A stretch of 63,126 nt of DNA, the filler included, from Octopus bimaculoides (taxonomy: Eukaryota): the NCBI RefSeq assembly GCF_001194135.2. It is 5 parts of 5 records of this genome, joined end to end, with 100 filler letters (N's around TTAATTAATTAA, not from the genome) between each part and the next. Parts side by side here need not be neighbours in the genome. Positions count along the whole stretch, not along the records: positions 1 to 21,098 come from NC_068987.1; 4 more parts are not named here. One strand, given 5' to 3'. This document shows positions 1-11,849 of the stretch, piece by piece. A program made the position numbers and the translations under genes. The notes under the pieces are model-generated. The model was not told where the DNA came from. It ran no database searches and saw only the letters and a program-made list of their open reading frames with translations. Every line of letters starts with the position of its first letter. Positions within the stretch are counted from its first letter, which is position 1.

Positions 1-13
1 GCTCTTCCGATCT
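1..13 (+). other. Illumina adapter remnant (assembly artefact)
   Basis: The window starts with GCTCTTCCGATCT, the 3' end of the Illumina read-primer/TruSeq adapter, directly followed by (TA)n. Confidence 0.85.
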
Positions 14-349
14 TATATATATATATGTAAGTATGTATATTTGTATATTTATACATATGTATATAGAAATGTCTGAATATATATGTATGTATGTATATAT
101 GTGTGAATGTGTGTATGTGTGTGTGTGGAGTGCATTGGTTTCTACGAACTAAATTGCTTTCTCAATCTCAGGTAACAGACAACAGTAACTGACCTTTGTC
201 CAATACGTGGTGCCATGGTTTGGAACTCGGACCACTAATTCATGAAGGTGAAAAGACATTACTTCCGAAATATTTGATATTTTAAAATCAACGAAACATT
301 TCGTCATGAATAATAGTTGTCTAGCTTCTCATGAACATACGAAATATTA

Positions 350-350
<1 letters not shown>

Positions 351-407
<57 letters not shown>

Positions 408-475
408 NNNNNNNNNNNNNNNNNNNNNNNNNNNNNNNNNNNNNNNNNNNNNNNNNNNNNNNNNNNNNNNNNNNN

Positions 476-520
<45 letters not shown>

Positions 521-540
521 TCTCTTTCTCTCTCTCTCTA
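351..540. repeat. (CT)n microsatellite with internal N gap
   Basis: Pure CT dinucleotide run on both sides of a gap; source of the SLSL/ERER ORFs. Confidence 0.95.
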
Positions 541-1639
541 TGTTCTCCATTTACCAGCCTAGTACTGATGAACTAATCCTCCATCTACCTATCGGCCTTT
601 ATGACAATCTACTTATCACGACAGACTTTCTTCTTTTAAGTCTCTTTCACTGCCTACTGTATACACACTCATTCACCTCCACTCATTCTCCTTGCGTTCA
701 TTCTCTCCTCCTATCTTGCATGTTCTCCCACTTTCCTTTTCTCCCTCGCTTCATTTTCTGTCGACTGTATAATCCTATTTTATATAGTCATTTTGTTTAA
801 TGGAAATTTTTCATTTCACTTGATTGGGTTTATGGAGGTTATTCCCAACACATTTTTAAAGTCAATGTTATCAGCAATACACCCAGGCAGACTTTTAGTC
901 CCCAATGATCAGATGAGAAAAGACATTTAGCTTAGATAGGAAGTTATACTAAGTCCTAATAACTCAATTATTTTGCCTAAGATTAATCAATGTCATAATC
1001 GAGAACTAGCATATTAATAAAAATAACGGTTTCATGGACATTATTAAGCAGTTATATTTAACTTTTAAAAGATAGTTGTCTACGCATACATTTTCTAATT
1101 TTTGTTAGTAAATATTAATAAATGAAACGATCTGCTTTAGATTCATCCTTATCAATAGCTGTGCTGTGAAAATTGTAGAAATAATACATGACTGAATTAT
1201 ATGCCAGCTATGCAAATTCCATCGTTGATTACAGTGCCGTTGAATTTTTAAAGACGCTTTTGAACGTCATACTTTTCCCCCAATCTTGAATGCGCAATTA
1301 AACACTTGTGTTCTTTGTTATATATATATATATATATATATAAAGAAAAGTTAGTTAAATCACTCTATAGAAAAGAAAAATTAGGACAACATATTGTGGA
1401 GAATAAAAAAATACATCCGTCCAACTCGTAAGAAATTACTTTACCAATCAGGACTTTAAAGCAATCAGAAGAGATATCATATATGAAAATCCCAAACATT
1501 TAAGAATCTTACTGACCCATAGAGAATGAAACGTAGATTAAATGGAAGTGGAGTAGGGGTGATCTCTGTGACGAATGATAAACGGGCTTATATATCTCCC
1601 TGATAGGTCACTTGAAATTTATTACAAGAACTGCAAAAT

Positions 1640-1990
1640 CTCAGGTTTATAAAGTAGAAACTCCGCTAGTCAGAGGTTATTATATATTTACATCTATATG
1701 CAAAAGCTTGGGCAAGGTTTATTGATTCAAGTCATTTTTCCTCAATACGAATTTTCTCCAAGGGAAAGGTTTTTCTTAAGACCAGTAGAATTATGCACCG
1801 GTGTCGATATTATCGCAGATTGTGAAAAGAAAACCGGTGCAGATATCGCAAACCTGAAATGCTGAAAGGCAAAGTGAAACACTGCAGGTATTAGGTTAAG
1901 TTTCAGTGGATTCTCAACAAATAGCACAAGGTGCACGATTCAGCATTTTAAAGATTCGCCTTCATTCACTAGAAAAACAGCAATGGAATT
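1640..1990 (+). mobile_element. Highly decayed LINE reverse-transcriptase fragment
   Basis: Frame-shifted translation gives IFSKGK..NYAPVSILSQIVK..FSGFSTNS, resembling the LINE RT PIFKKG..NYRPISLLS..GFR..ST region; several stops. Confidence 0.45.
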
Positions 1991-3059
1991 CATTTCTTTC
2001 TAATAAATAGATGCTGCAGTTTAAAGAACGTTCAACTACACATTGTTTATAAGCGTTTCTGATCTGTACTACTAACGTATAATAATGACGCGGCTGACCA
2101 TTTTTGGTGAAAATTACTCGCCTAGTTGTATGTGATTAAGTAGCATAAATATGTAAACCCATTGTTTAAAATCAGAACAGACAAAATGAATGAATGTATA
2201 ACCTGCAATACTAGTTCAAGGACACCGATTAATCTGCATGTGATTAAGAATTGTAGTTTTACTTTAAAGCCCAGTAAAAATCAGTTTTCGGTGTTAACAG
2301 AAATCAACTATAAACAATAGTTCATTTCAACAGTAAAATGTTAAGAAGACTATATCATATTATAATTGAAAATCAAAGAATTTACTGTAATTCAGCAGGC
2401 TGTGTTTTCATACAATTTTAAAATATGTTTGTAATGCAATTCTAATGCAAATTTTATTGATCGGCTCCGTCTGTATTAATACAAGTCTTATGAAATTACT
2501 AATGGCACATTAAATATTTAACTATAAAACTAGTTTTCTACGAGCAACTTTCGCTTAGAATCATATCTGAAATTCAATGGTTTTCTCTTCATGATGTTTG
2601 TGCATATATATCTTTACAAGCATCTGAAAATGTTCTTTACACCACCCGTTACAGAGCTCATGTATGTATCCTGGAGATACAGCCTGTACGAGCCTATTCA
2701 TTGTGACAGAAAATATCAGAGATAGCTAATGGACTAAATATTAGTGTTACAAGACTCCGATCGCTGGTTGGACTGAGCTGTTTAAGTGATTTGTATATTG
2801 AATAAAGGCTCAAATATTGACAATAACATAATGTGAACTTTTGTATCCGAGGTTAGTCATGTACGGCCGAGTCTGGTTGACAACCATGTGCCGTCACGAA
2901 ATGTGAAAACAAACTACTTGAGTATGGCATAGTTATAAAGAAATTTATCCACATGCACACATGCGTACACACGCAAGCGCGCGCGTACACACAAACATGC
3001 ATATATATATATACGCGCGCACACACACACACCCATGTAATGGTAGATTGCCGAAACTA

Positions 3060-3500
3060 TGCGCTCTTACGAATTATGTAGGCTGGAAGAAACAGCAGTC
3101 AAAATATCTAAAAAATAACAACTTTCACTGTAATGAAATGGAAGGCACATTGGCTAATTTATTCAGTTATACTGGACACATAATCATTGCTGGACGACAG
3201 AGTGATTACGAATTACAATCAATATTAGATTAAGGCTGACTAGGGATTAAACAACAACATATAATATGAATATATTTCTGTATCTTTTACGTTCTGTTTG
3301 ACATATTCGACTATAATAAAGGAACGTGGAAACATTTAGATTTATAAATTAACACGTAATTACTTATTAATGCATATATTTAGCAACTTTTGATATCTGG
3401 AGGCTTTGCGACTGGTTTTTAAAACAAGAATACGAACCAAATCCCAGCTATAAAGATTATGAAAATCTACAATGCTGCTGTTTTGCTGACAATTCTAATC
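3060..3500 (+). mobile_element. Decayed RTE-type LINE, C-terminal RT region
   Basis: LFSYTGHIIIAGRQSDYELQSILD resembles FTYLGS.IS.DG..D.EI..RI; IKIMKIYNAAVLLTIL resembles KTKLKIYNAAVLSTLLYG. Confidence 0.4.
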
Positions 3501-4744
3501 GTAACTCAAGATGGCGGATGTTCGTAAATGTAGATATAATTGTCAATACAGAGTCCCGAATATATTCTAAATGTATGCATGTGTGTGTATAAGCGTATGT
3601 GTATGTGCTTGTGCGTGTATATACATATATATATACATACATACATACACACATATATAGTACATTCACAAACACACACACACATTGTGTACATATATGT
3701 TTGAATGCACACCTACGCGTGTAACAAGGTTCTTGCTTTTTCATATTAAGTACCTCCCAGATGATCGATGATTAAGCAGCTGCATTCTTAGTTATTTCAT
3801 TTTGCTTCTTTGTTGGCGTTTGTACGTCTGAGCTTTGCAACAATAGTAGTTAATCAGAGTTTTGTTAGTAGTCCCACTGAATTTGATAAGCCTATTGTAT
3901 TTTCTGCTTGAGCTGTTGCCACCTAAATTGACACACTGTGAAGGAACAATTTACTATATTAAGCTGATGATAATATATATAGTTTTTTTTTTCCCGTTAT
4001 CTTGTTTAATTATGCATACGCTACTGATTACATAATTTCTATTTAAATGTCAGCGATCTGGAAATATATCATTTTTTGCTTGATTCATACATACATGAAT
4101 TATCCTTCTCTAATTCTTTCCACTATTTCATGTTTATCTATAACTAATAATTTTTCTACCGAATACTAATTTTTCATTCAATTGTATCAAGAATTTTCAT
4201 CTCTATAACTATGGTTCTTATTGTAAAAATTTCTAGGAGCCAGTGTATTAGGCATAAATTGCATTACCTTTGTCTATGTTTGCCGCTCGCTGATCAATGT
4301 TCACACTGCTTCATTTTAAAGTGGCGCCATGAAGTATGGTATACATACATGCAAGCCTTTACACACAAGTGACACGCACACGTATACACATATACACATA
4401 CACGTACATATGTTGTGATATAATACATATATGCTGGGTGTATATATGTATTGTTATTAATGAAGTGAGGCAATTCTTTGATTTCAGCATTCTATATTGT
4501 TAAATATTTCCTTCCGTCCTGAAGCTGGGTGCTCAGTTAATCCATGCTTTCTGTAAATGTTTCAATGACTCAGTGAGGTTCACCATAAAGATACCAGAAT
4601 GCAACTTCCGGATATTTGAAGCAGCTGAATAAATTTTAGTAGTTCATTATCTTCATGAAGCAATTATATCAATCATGTCCTTTTATGAGTCTTTCAAGTC
4701 CATGAAAATTTACCATGTTTCTCTAATACTAATTAAAGTTTACA

Positions 4745-5480
4745 GTTTAAAGCAAAAACTGGAAAGAGAAAGTACATAACGATTTATCGATTTTTGAGCC
4801 TTTCCTATCACCATATACAAGTCATCATCAAACATCACGAAGAACAGAATCAGTAATCAGTAAGACGTAAATCTGCCACAGGAAAAAATGGGATTCCGAA
4901 ATGAGTTTGCCAGCATCGATCACTTATTTAACATGAACCAATGAATTCAAAAATTGAAGAATATAACCACCGTACAGCCTTTACGAATTATCTAAAGCCT
5001 TCTATTATAGAAATTGATTAAATCGTTCTATTATAGAAATGCCACCAAAAATGACATGCAATTTGAATCATACATGAAGGTTTTCTAACATTTCTAACAT
5101 TTTGTTATTTGTTCCATGTTACTACACAAATTTTCAAACAAAATCCCGCTCAAATTGGGTGTGAGACGAGGATATATGATTTTCTTAATCAATCCAAAAT
5201 CTGCGTAGACAAAATATTTCGAAACCTACACTTTAAGGATGCTAAATAGGAATAAAATCGATGCGTATTACATGCACGACGTCGATTAGTAACAAGGAAA
5301 TTTTCACATAAATTTATCCGACCGAATTTGAAACAACATTCGAAATGAATACCGAAAAGAAGGTTGTAGGTCTAAGAATGGTTCTGAAAAAATAAAACGA
5401 AATGATATTCTATGAACTAGTTGGAGTATCTGTATCAAAGTTGAAGAAACATCTCTTCAGATTGTATACAATTTTACTAA
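4745..5480 (+). mobile_element. Decayed RTE-type LINE reverse transcriptase
   Basis: IYKSSSNITKNRISNQ*DVNLPQEKMGFRNEFASIDHLFNMNQ..KIEEYN matches the RTE IYKLFTKII.NRI...LD.NQP.EQAGFR...STIDHIF.L.Q..EK..EYN pattern; the downstream EM..KK..G.R segment matches the RTE C-terminus. Confidence 0.7.
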
Positions 5481-6560
5481 TGTACTCCGGTTTGTAACAA
5501 TACAAACAAAATAAAAATTATACCTATTGATAAACACTGGAAAAATAAATTTCCATTTTTAAATATAAAATATCCTTAATCTTTAAAATGCTAATTTGAA
5601 AATAACGTATCATTTCAGAAATGCGCAGAAAAAGTTATTTTTAGGCAAAAACCCCAAATAAACTTGTCTATAAATGCATTTATACACGAAATGTACGAAC
5701 GATCAGAAAAGACTAAAACCGATTCCCAAACGATAGTACATAACATTGCCATGACCATTACGTCATTAAAATCGAGTGATGTTGGACGTGTCAGAAAGAA
5801 CAGTGACATTATGTAGACGGAAATGTTGATAAAATAAATCCTGAGATATCGTGAAAGAAAGAGAGAATTTTAACCGAGAACATGGAATTTATAAATACGA
5901 TAGATATTACGTAAGCTGGAAATTGAACATTCAAGGTCGAAAGTTAAAGAGAGATAAGGTGAAATCATTCACCTACCGTGGGAATCGATTGCTGATTTGA
6001 TATTTTGATTGTGAAATTGTGTGCATGAGAAACGCTTTCAATATTTTCTACACTTCTGCAACATTTCACTACATATTGTCTTTCGATTTCAGCATTTCCA
6101 TTCATCTTTAATCTAAGCCATTGTATTTCTGACTTGTTTAAATTTTGTTGTTGGTTAGTTCTAGGTCAATATAGATCAAACCTATTCATGAATGATCAAT
6201 GACATTCCGTCCATGCCTTTCCCATTTCTTTATGGTTGTTCAAGATTGAATTGGTTAAGACTACAGAGGTGTGATTATTCCATTAGTAAGACAGCAGAGT
6301 AAGTGTGATCTGAAACGAAATTTCACTGTAACTTCTCGCAGTCCAAACTGAAACGTTGACGGTCTCTTTCTTGCTGAACACATAATGGCTCCTTTTATAA
6401 GCTCCTTCTCGAAGAGTCTCCTTGTTGGCGCATGACCCAAAGCTGGTTAAAATATTCAGGAATTCATATAATTTCCATTGTGTTTGAAATATTATTTTCC
6501 AGTAATATTTCTCTCCTTACACAATGTTATTTATTTTTGACATTACAATTTCTAAAAAAA

Positions 6561-6658
6561 TTATTTATTTCATATTTTATATCGTTGAAATAGTCATATA
6601 GAAGGTCTAAAACTATATATTTTCTGCAAAATGCGTTTATAAAGTCGTTCTATTATCA
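6561..6658 (+). repeat. 98-bp direct repeat, copy 1 (copy 2 at 8499-8596)
   Basis: About 5 mismatches in 98 bp versus 8499-8596. Confidence 0.9.
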
Positions 6659-7374
6659 GAAATATTTCAATCATTTAAGCTCGATTCAAAAGTATTTCCA
6701 TGTCATTATATTCAAACAGTGCATTATTAAATTATTGCCTGAAAACACACATTTTCACTGTCAGAATTCTATATTCTTGCTTCTTTTTTATTACGATTCC
6801 CTCCAGATAAAACAAATTCTAAATCGAATCAGCATTAAATTACAATACGAAAAAATTATGACTGAAAACAAAATATTTCTAGAAAATATTTTACCGTTGC
6901 CATAATGGATAAATATGCAAAAATAAGGTTTATTTGTATGAAAACGAGTTTCATAGAGGTCACAGATCCAAAATCGTACGCCAGAAATTGGTAAAGATTA
7001 TTTGTTTTTGCTTTTATTCGCTTATAAGTTTCAATTATTGCTAGGTGGCCATGTTGGGGCACCAAAACCAAGTGTTTTAGTCAACTGTATCGACTGCAGT
7101 ACTTCAACTGATAGCTATTTTTATCGATTTCGGAAATAGGAAATGGGAAGTTGATGTTGGCGTAAAAGGAGCTTAAGAGCATAGACGATCGGTTACATAA
7201 GCAACGGAGTATTTCTGTCCAAACGCACGAGGCTTTGCTTAATCCATGATGATATAAATACACATACTAGACGCACACATACATGCACGCTAACAAATAT
7301 ACTTTCATATAAGCATTTATCCATCCATCTATCTATCTATCTATCTATATATCTATCTATCTCACTATCTATCT

Positions 7375-7420
<46 letters not shown>

Positions 7421-8168
7421 NNNNNNNNNNNNNNNNNNNNNNNNNNNNNNNNNNNNNNNNNNNNNNNNNNNNNNNNNNNNNNNNNNNNNNNNNNNNNNNN
7501 NNNNNNNNNNNNNNNNNNNNNNNNNNNNNNNNNNNNNNNNNNNNNNNNNNNNNNNNNNNNNNNNNNNNNNNNNNNNNNNNNNNNNNNNNNNNNNNNNNNN
7601 NNNNNNNNNNNNNNNNNNNNNNNNNNNNNNNNNNNNNNNNNNNNNNNNNNNNNNNNNNNNNNNNNNNNNNNNNNNNNNNNNNNNNNNNNNNNNNNNNNNN
7701 NNNNNNNNNNNNNNNNNNNNNNNNNNNNNNNNNNNNNNNNNNNNNNNNNNNNNNNNNNNNNNNNNNNNNNNNNNNNNNNNNNNNNNNNNNNNNNNNNNNN
7801 NNNNNNNNNNNNNNNNNNNNNNNNNNNNNNNNNNNNNNNNNNNNNNNNNNNNNNNNNNNNNNNNNNNNNNNNNNNNNNNNNNNNNNNNNNNNNNNNNNNN
7901 NNNNNNNNNNNNNNNNNNNNNNNNNNNNNNNNNNNNNNNNNNNNNNNNNNNNNNNNNNNNNNNNNNNNNNNNNNNNNNNNNNNNNNNNNNNNNNNNNNNN
8001 NNNNNNNNNNNNNNNNNNNNNNNNNNNNNNNNNNNNNNNNNNNNNNNNNNNNNNNNNNNNNNNNNNNNNNNNNNNNNNNNNNNNNNNNNNNNNNNNNNNN
8101 NNNNNNNNNNNNNNNNNNNNNNNNNNNNNNNNNNNNNNNNNNNNNNNNNNNNNNNNNNNNNNNNNNNN

Positions 8169-8250
8169 GATGGTGGGGGAGAGGAGGTGATGGTGGGGGA
8201 GAGGAGGTGATGGTGGGGGAGAGGAAGTGATGGTGGGGGAGAGGAGTAGA
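8169..8250 (+). repeat. 20-bp G-rich minisatellite (GATGGTGGGGGAGAGGAGGT)n
   Basis: About 4 copies visible running out of a ~750-N gap. Confidence 0.9.
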
Positions 8251-8498
8251 GGATGGGGAGTTGGAAGATTATGGACAGTTGGTGGTGACTGAAATGTGTA
8301 ATTTTTTCTTTTAACTGACTTTTTCATACGTTACTTAGTCCCTCTGTAATGCTTTTACGTAATTAGTTGAAGGGGAAGGCGAAGAGCGAAATAAAAAGAG
8401 GAAAGAGAAAGGTAACAACAGGAAGATTGAGAGAGAAAGATGTTAAGTGTTGTGTATTAAGTCTATAAAATTGTGCATACAGTATATAAAATGAATAT

Positions 8499-8596
8499 TT
8501 ATTTATTTTCTATTTTATATCGTTGAAATAGTCATATAGAAGGTCTAAAACTATATATTTTCTGAAAAATGCGTTTATAAACTCGTTTTATTATCA
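8499..8596 (+). repeat. 98-bp direct repeat, copy 2
   Basis: About 95% identical to 6561-6658. Confidence 0.9.
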
Positions 8597-8844
8597 ATAG
8601 TATATGAATTGTATATATAAAGAGCATTAAGTAATCATCGTATTCCAGTTTCCTTCACAATTCAATGATTAGTAGATGAGCATCTATCTTTTGATGCAAA
8701 TATTACACAGGCTACGCCTTCAGGTTTTTTGAAAAATGTTTTCAGAAATAACCCAATAAGTTTGCCACTAATTCCGTGAAATATTCACGGGTCCCTCTAG
8801 TATATAGTAAAGAATTTAGAAAACCAACGATTTAGCAATTACAA

Positions 8845-9450
8845 CATTTTTCGACATAGTCTTTTTGCCTTTCATTGCACTCTTGCCAACAGTTCAAAGG
8901 CTTGCTTATTTCATAGGAAAAGAAGTTTTTCAGCTGTTCGCGCAGCCATTTATATACCGTTCCTTCTGCATCTTTTCTCGTAGGAAATTGACTACCTTGT
9001 AAAAACTGTCTCAGCGGTCCAAATTCGTGATAGTCAGAAGAATGGAAATCTGGACTATATGCAGGTTAATCCAACAAAGCCAAATCCAATTTTTCAGTGG
9101 ATTCAACAGTATGGGCGGCCATATCTAGGTATGCATTGTTGTGCAACTATAAGACTTGCTCTGACAACAGACATCAGCGTTTGGTGCGAATTGCTGGTTT
9201 CAGCTTGTTAGCCAGCATTTCACTATAACTTCACTAGTGAATGCAGACCCCTTTTCCAGGTAACTTCCCAGCCAGGATAGGAAGTTTTGCGCCCTAAAAG
9301 CACGGTTAGCCATATGTTTCCCGCCTAAAGTTGAGGCATTGAATTTTTCATTTCGCATGCGCGATTCTGGGTGTTTCACTTTCAAACACAGCCATTTGAA
9401 TTCTGATTCAAAGTGAGGGAGCAAAGTCTCGTCAGCTGTGACCACGCTCT
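8845..9450 (-). mobile_element. Mariner transposase catalytic-domain remnant
   Basis: VTADETLLPHFESEFKWLCLKVKHPESRMRNEKF..YLEKGSAFTS resembles the mariner IVTGDETWVHHYEPESK..WKHPESP..YLEKGSTVTS; the downstream part resembles the HDNARPH / YSPDLAPSDY / KGDYVE regions across frameshifts. Confidence 0.85.
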
Positions 9451-10027
9451 ATATATAGTCCCAGCAATGTACCGAAAGTCTGAATAGAGAAAAATCTTTC
9501 CTTCCTTTGTGCACACATTAGGTGAAGCGACTATATATAAACTGTAACACAAGAAAGAAAACTGGAGCGATCAAGGTCAAACCTCGGTTCTTTAAACACA
9601 AAAGTACCATATTTTAGCATGCTAGCAGAGAAAGCCGTGCAGCCAAACTAAAGAAGTTTTGGCGAAAGGCAGATATGTATATATGCATAAATACACGTAC
9701 ACACACACGCGTATTATATATCTATATCTATCTATCTATCTCTCTCTCTCTCTCTCTATATGTATATATATATATATATATATATAGATAGATAGATATA
9801 TAGATAGATAGATAGATAGANNNNNNNNNNNNNNNNNNNNNNNNNNNNNNNNNNNNNNNNNNNNNNNNNNNNNNNNNNNNNNNNNNNNNNNNNNNNNNNN
9901 NNNNNNNNNNNNNNNNNNNNNNNNNNNNNNNNNNNNNNNNNNNNNNNNNNNNNNNNNNNNNNNNNNNNNNNNNNNNNNNNNNNNNNNNNNNNNNNNNNNN
10001 NNNNNNNNNNNNNNNNNNNNNNNNNNN

Positions 10028-10399
10028 ACACATCGTGAAATATATTTGCCACTTAAATGTAGTTAACCCTTAAGGGTTGATACTACTGTAGCTTGTAGCC
10101 CCAGGAAGACATCTCCTCCAGCTGGCTATTGACACACTGTGCCCTATCAGTATTTGCAAAGGGAAGTCATCCTTCCCATCTCCAGTCTGACTTCATACAC
10201 ACGGACCCGAGTTGCTTGGTATTGACCGTCATCCGCGTATGACAACCACCGGCTGGCGATGTGAATTGGTTCCCAATGCAAATATATTTATACTTTTTGC
10301 AGTGACGAAAAGTCACTGATCTCGAAAAAGTGGAAGCAAGCAATAATAAATCTCCGAGCGAGTTATAAGCAGTAGCTGCAAATATATTTCACTATGTCA
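10028..10399 (-). mobile_element. ~360-bp retrozyme-like repeat unit, left arm of palindrome
   Basis: Reverse complement is ~80-85% identical to 10400-10750; contains a hammerhead-like motif. Confidence 0.6.
10198..10241 (-). ncRNA. Type I hammerhead ribozyme-like motif (degenerate core)
   Basis: Minus strand CATACG-CGGATGA-CGGTCAATACCAA-GCAA-CTCGG-GTC-CGTGTG: stem I pairs, GUC triplet intact, CUGAUGA changed to CGGAUGA and GAAA to GCAA. Confidence 0.55.
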
Positions 10400-10790
10400 T
10401 GCAGCTACTATTTATACCTCGCCCAAAGATTTATTGTTGCTTGTTTCCACTTTTTCGAGATCAGTGACTTTTCGTCACTGGAAAATATATATATATATTT
10501 GCATTGGGAACCACCTCACATCGCCAGCCGGTGGTTGTCACACGCTGACGACGGGTCAATGCCCAGAAACAGGATCCATGTGTATCACGTTAGACTAGAG
10601 ATGGGAAGGATGACTTCCCTTTGTAAATACTAATAGGGCAAACGATATGTGTCAATAGCTAGCTGGAGGTGATGTCTTCCTACGGTTACAGGCTACAGTC
10701 GCATCAACCCTTAAGGGTGTGCCACATTTACGTGGCAAATATATTTCGCGATTTCGTGCAGCTACTGTTTATACCTGGCTCATAGATTTA
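10377..10790 (+). mobile_element. ~360-bp retrozyme-like repeat unit plus start of a second tandem unit
   Basis: The unit start GCAAATATATTTC..TGCAGCTACT.TTTATACCT recurs at ~10736, giving a period of ~360 bp. Confidence 0.6.
10539..10582 (+). ncRNA. Type I hammerhead ribozyme-like motif
   Basis: CACACG-CTGACGA-CGGG-TCAATG-CCCA-GAAA-CAGG-ATC-CATGTG: intact CUGACGA and GAAA, GGG/CCC stem II, stem I 5/6 paired; stem III base is G-to-A relative to the left copy. Confidence 0.65.
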
Positions 10791-11849
10791 TTATGTATAT
10801 ATATATATATNNNNNNNNNNNNNNNNNNNNNNNNNNNNNNNNNNNNNNNNNNNNNNNNNNNNNNNNNNNNNNNNNNNNNNNNNNNNNNNNNNNNNNNNNN
10901 NNNNNNNNNNNNNNNNNNNNNNNNNNNNNNNNNNNNNNNNNNNNNNNNNNNNNNNNNNNNNNNNNNNNNNNNNNNNNNNNNNNNNNNNNNNNNNNNNNNN
11001 NNNNNNNNNNNNNNNNNNNNNNNNNNNNNNNNNNNNNNNNNNNNNNNNNNNNNNNNNNNNNNNNNNNNNNNNNNNNNNNNNNNNNNNNNNNNNNNNNNNN
11101 NNNNNNNNNNNNNNNNNNNNNNNNNNNNNNNNNNNNNNNNNNNNNNNNNNNNNNNNNNNNNNNNNNNNNNNNNNNNNNNNNNNNNNNNNNNNNNNNNNNN
11201 NNNNNNNNNNNNNNNNNNNNNNNNNNNNNNNNNNNNNNNNNNNNNNNNNNNNNNNNNNNNNNNNNNNNNNNNNNNNNNNNNNNNNNNNNNNNNNNNNNNN
11301 NNNNNNNNNNNNNNNNNNNNNNNNNNNNNNNNNNNNNNNNNNNNNNNNNNNNNNNNNNNNNNNNNNNNNNNNNNNNNNNNNNNNNNNNNNNNNNNNNNNN
11401 NNNNNNNNNNNNNNNNNNNNNNNNNNNNNNNNNNNNNNNNNNNNNNNNNNNNNNNNNNNNNNNNNNNNNNNNNNNNNNNNNNNNNNNNNNNNNNNNNNNN
11501 NNNNNNNNNNNNNNNNNNNNNNNNNNNNNNNNTATATATATATATATATCTGATTGTGGAGGATGCTTTCGTGAACTAGCATATGTACTTTAAGTTCAGA
11601 TATTGTCTCCCAAGTTTTGTGATATATGACACAAGTTTTAAGAAGTGGCGGGTTTCAAGATTATTATCTGCTTGGGCATTTCGATATTTATGAGTCTTCC
11701 TATGTTTCACGCATCCTGCTTTTGACAACAGAACACGGTCGCACACAATACTTATCCAATATTCATTGTTCATTTCAGTTCCAACTGTTCCTTTACGACA
11801 GGCCCTTTGAAGCTCAGAGCGCTGAGTCATCTTTTCCTCTCAGGCGTTG

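Noticed and set aside
3459-3523. Signal-peptide-like first exon MKIYNAAVLLTILIVTQDGGC with GT donor
   Set aside because: Better explained as the RTE KIYNAAVLSTLL motif, in register with upstream RT remnants.
5619-5816. Open reading after a CATTTCAG acceptor ending ..IAMTITSLKSSDVGR.., Ig E/F-strand-like
   Set aside because: No Y-x-C, no conserved Trp or Cys, no partner exons; not supportable.
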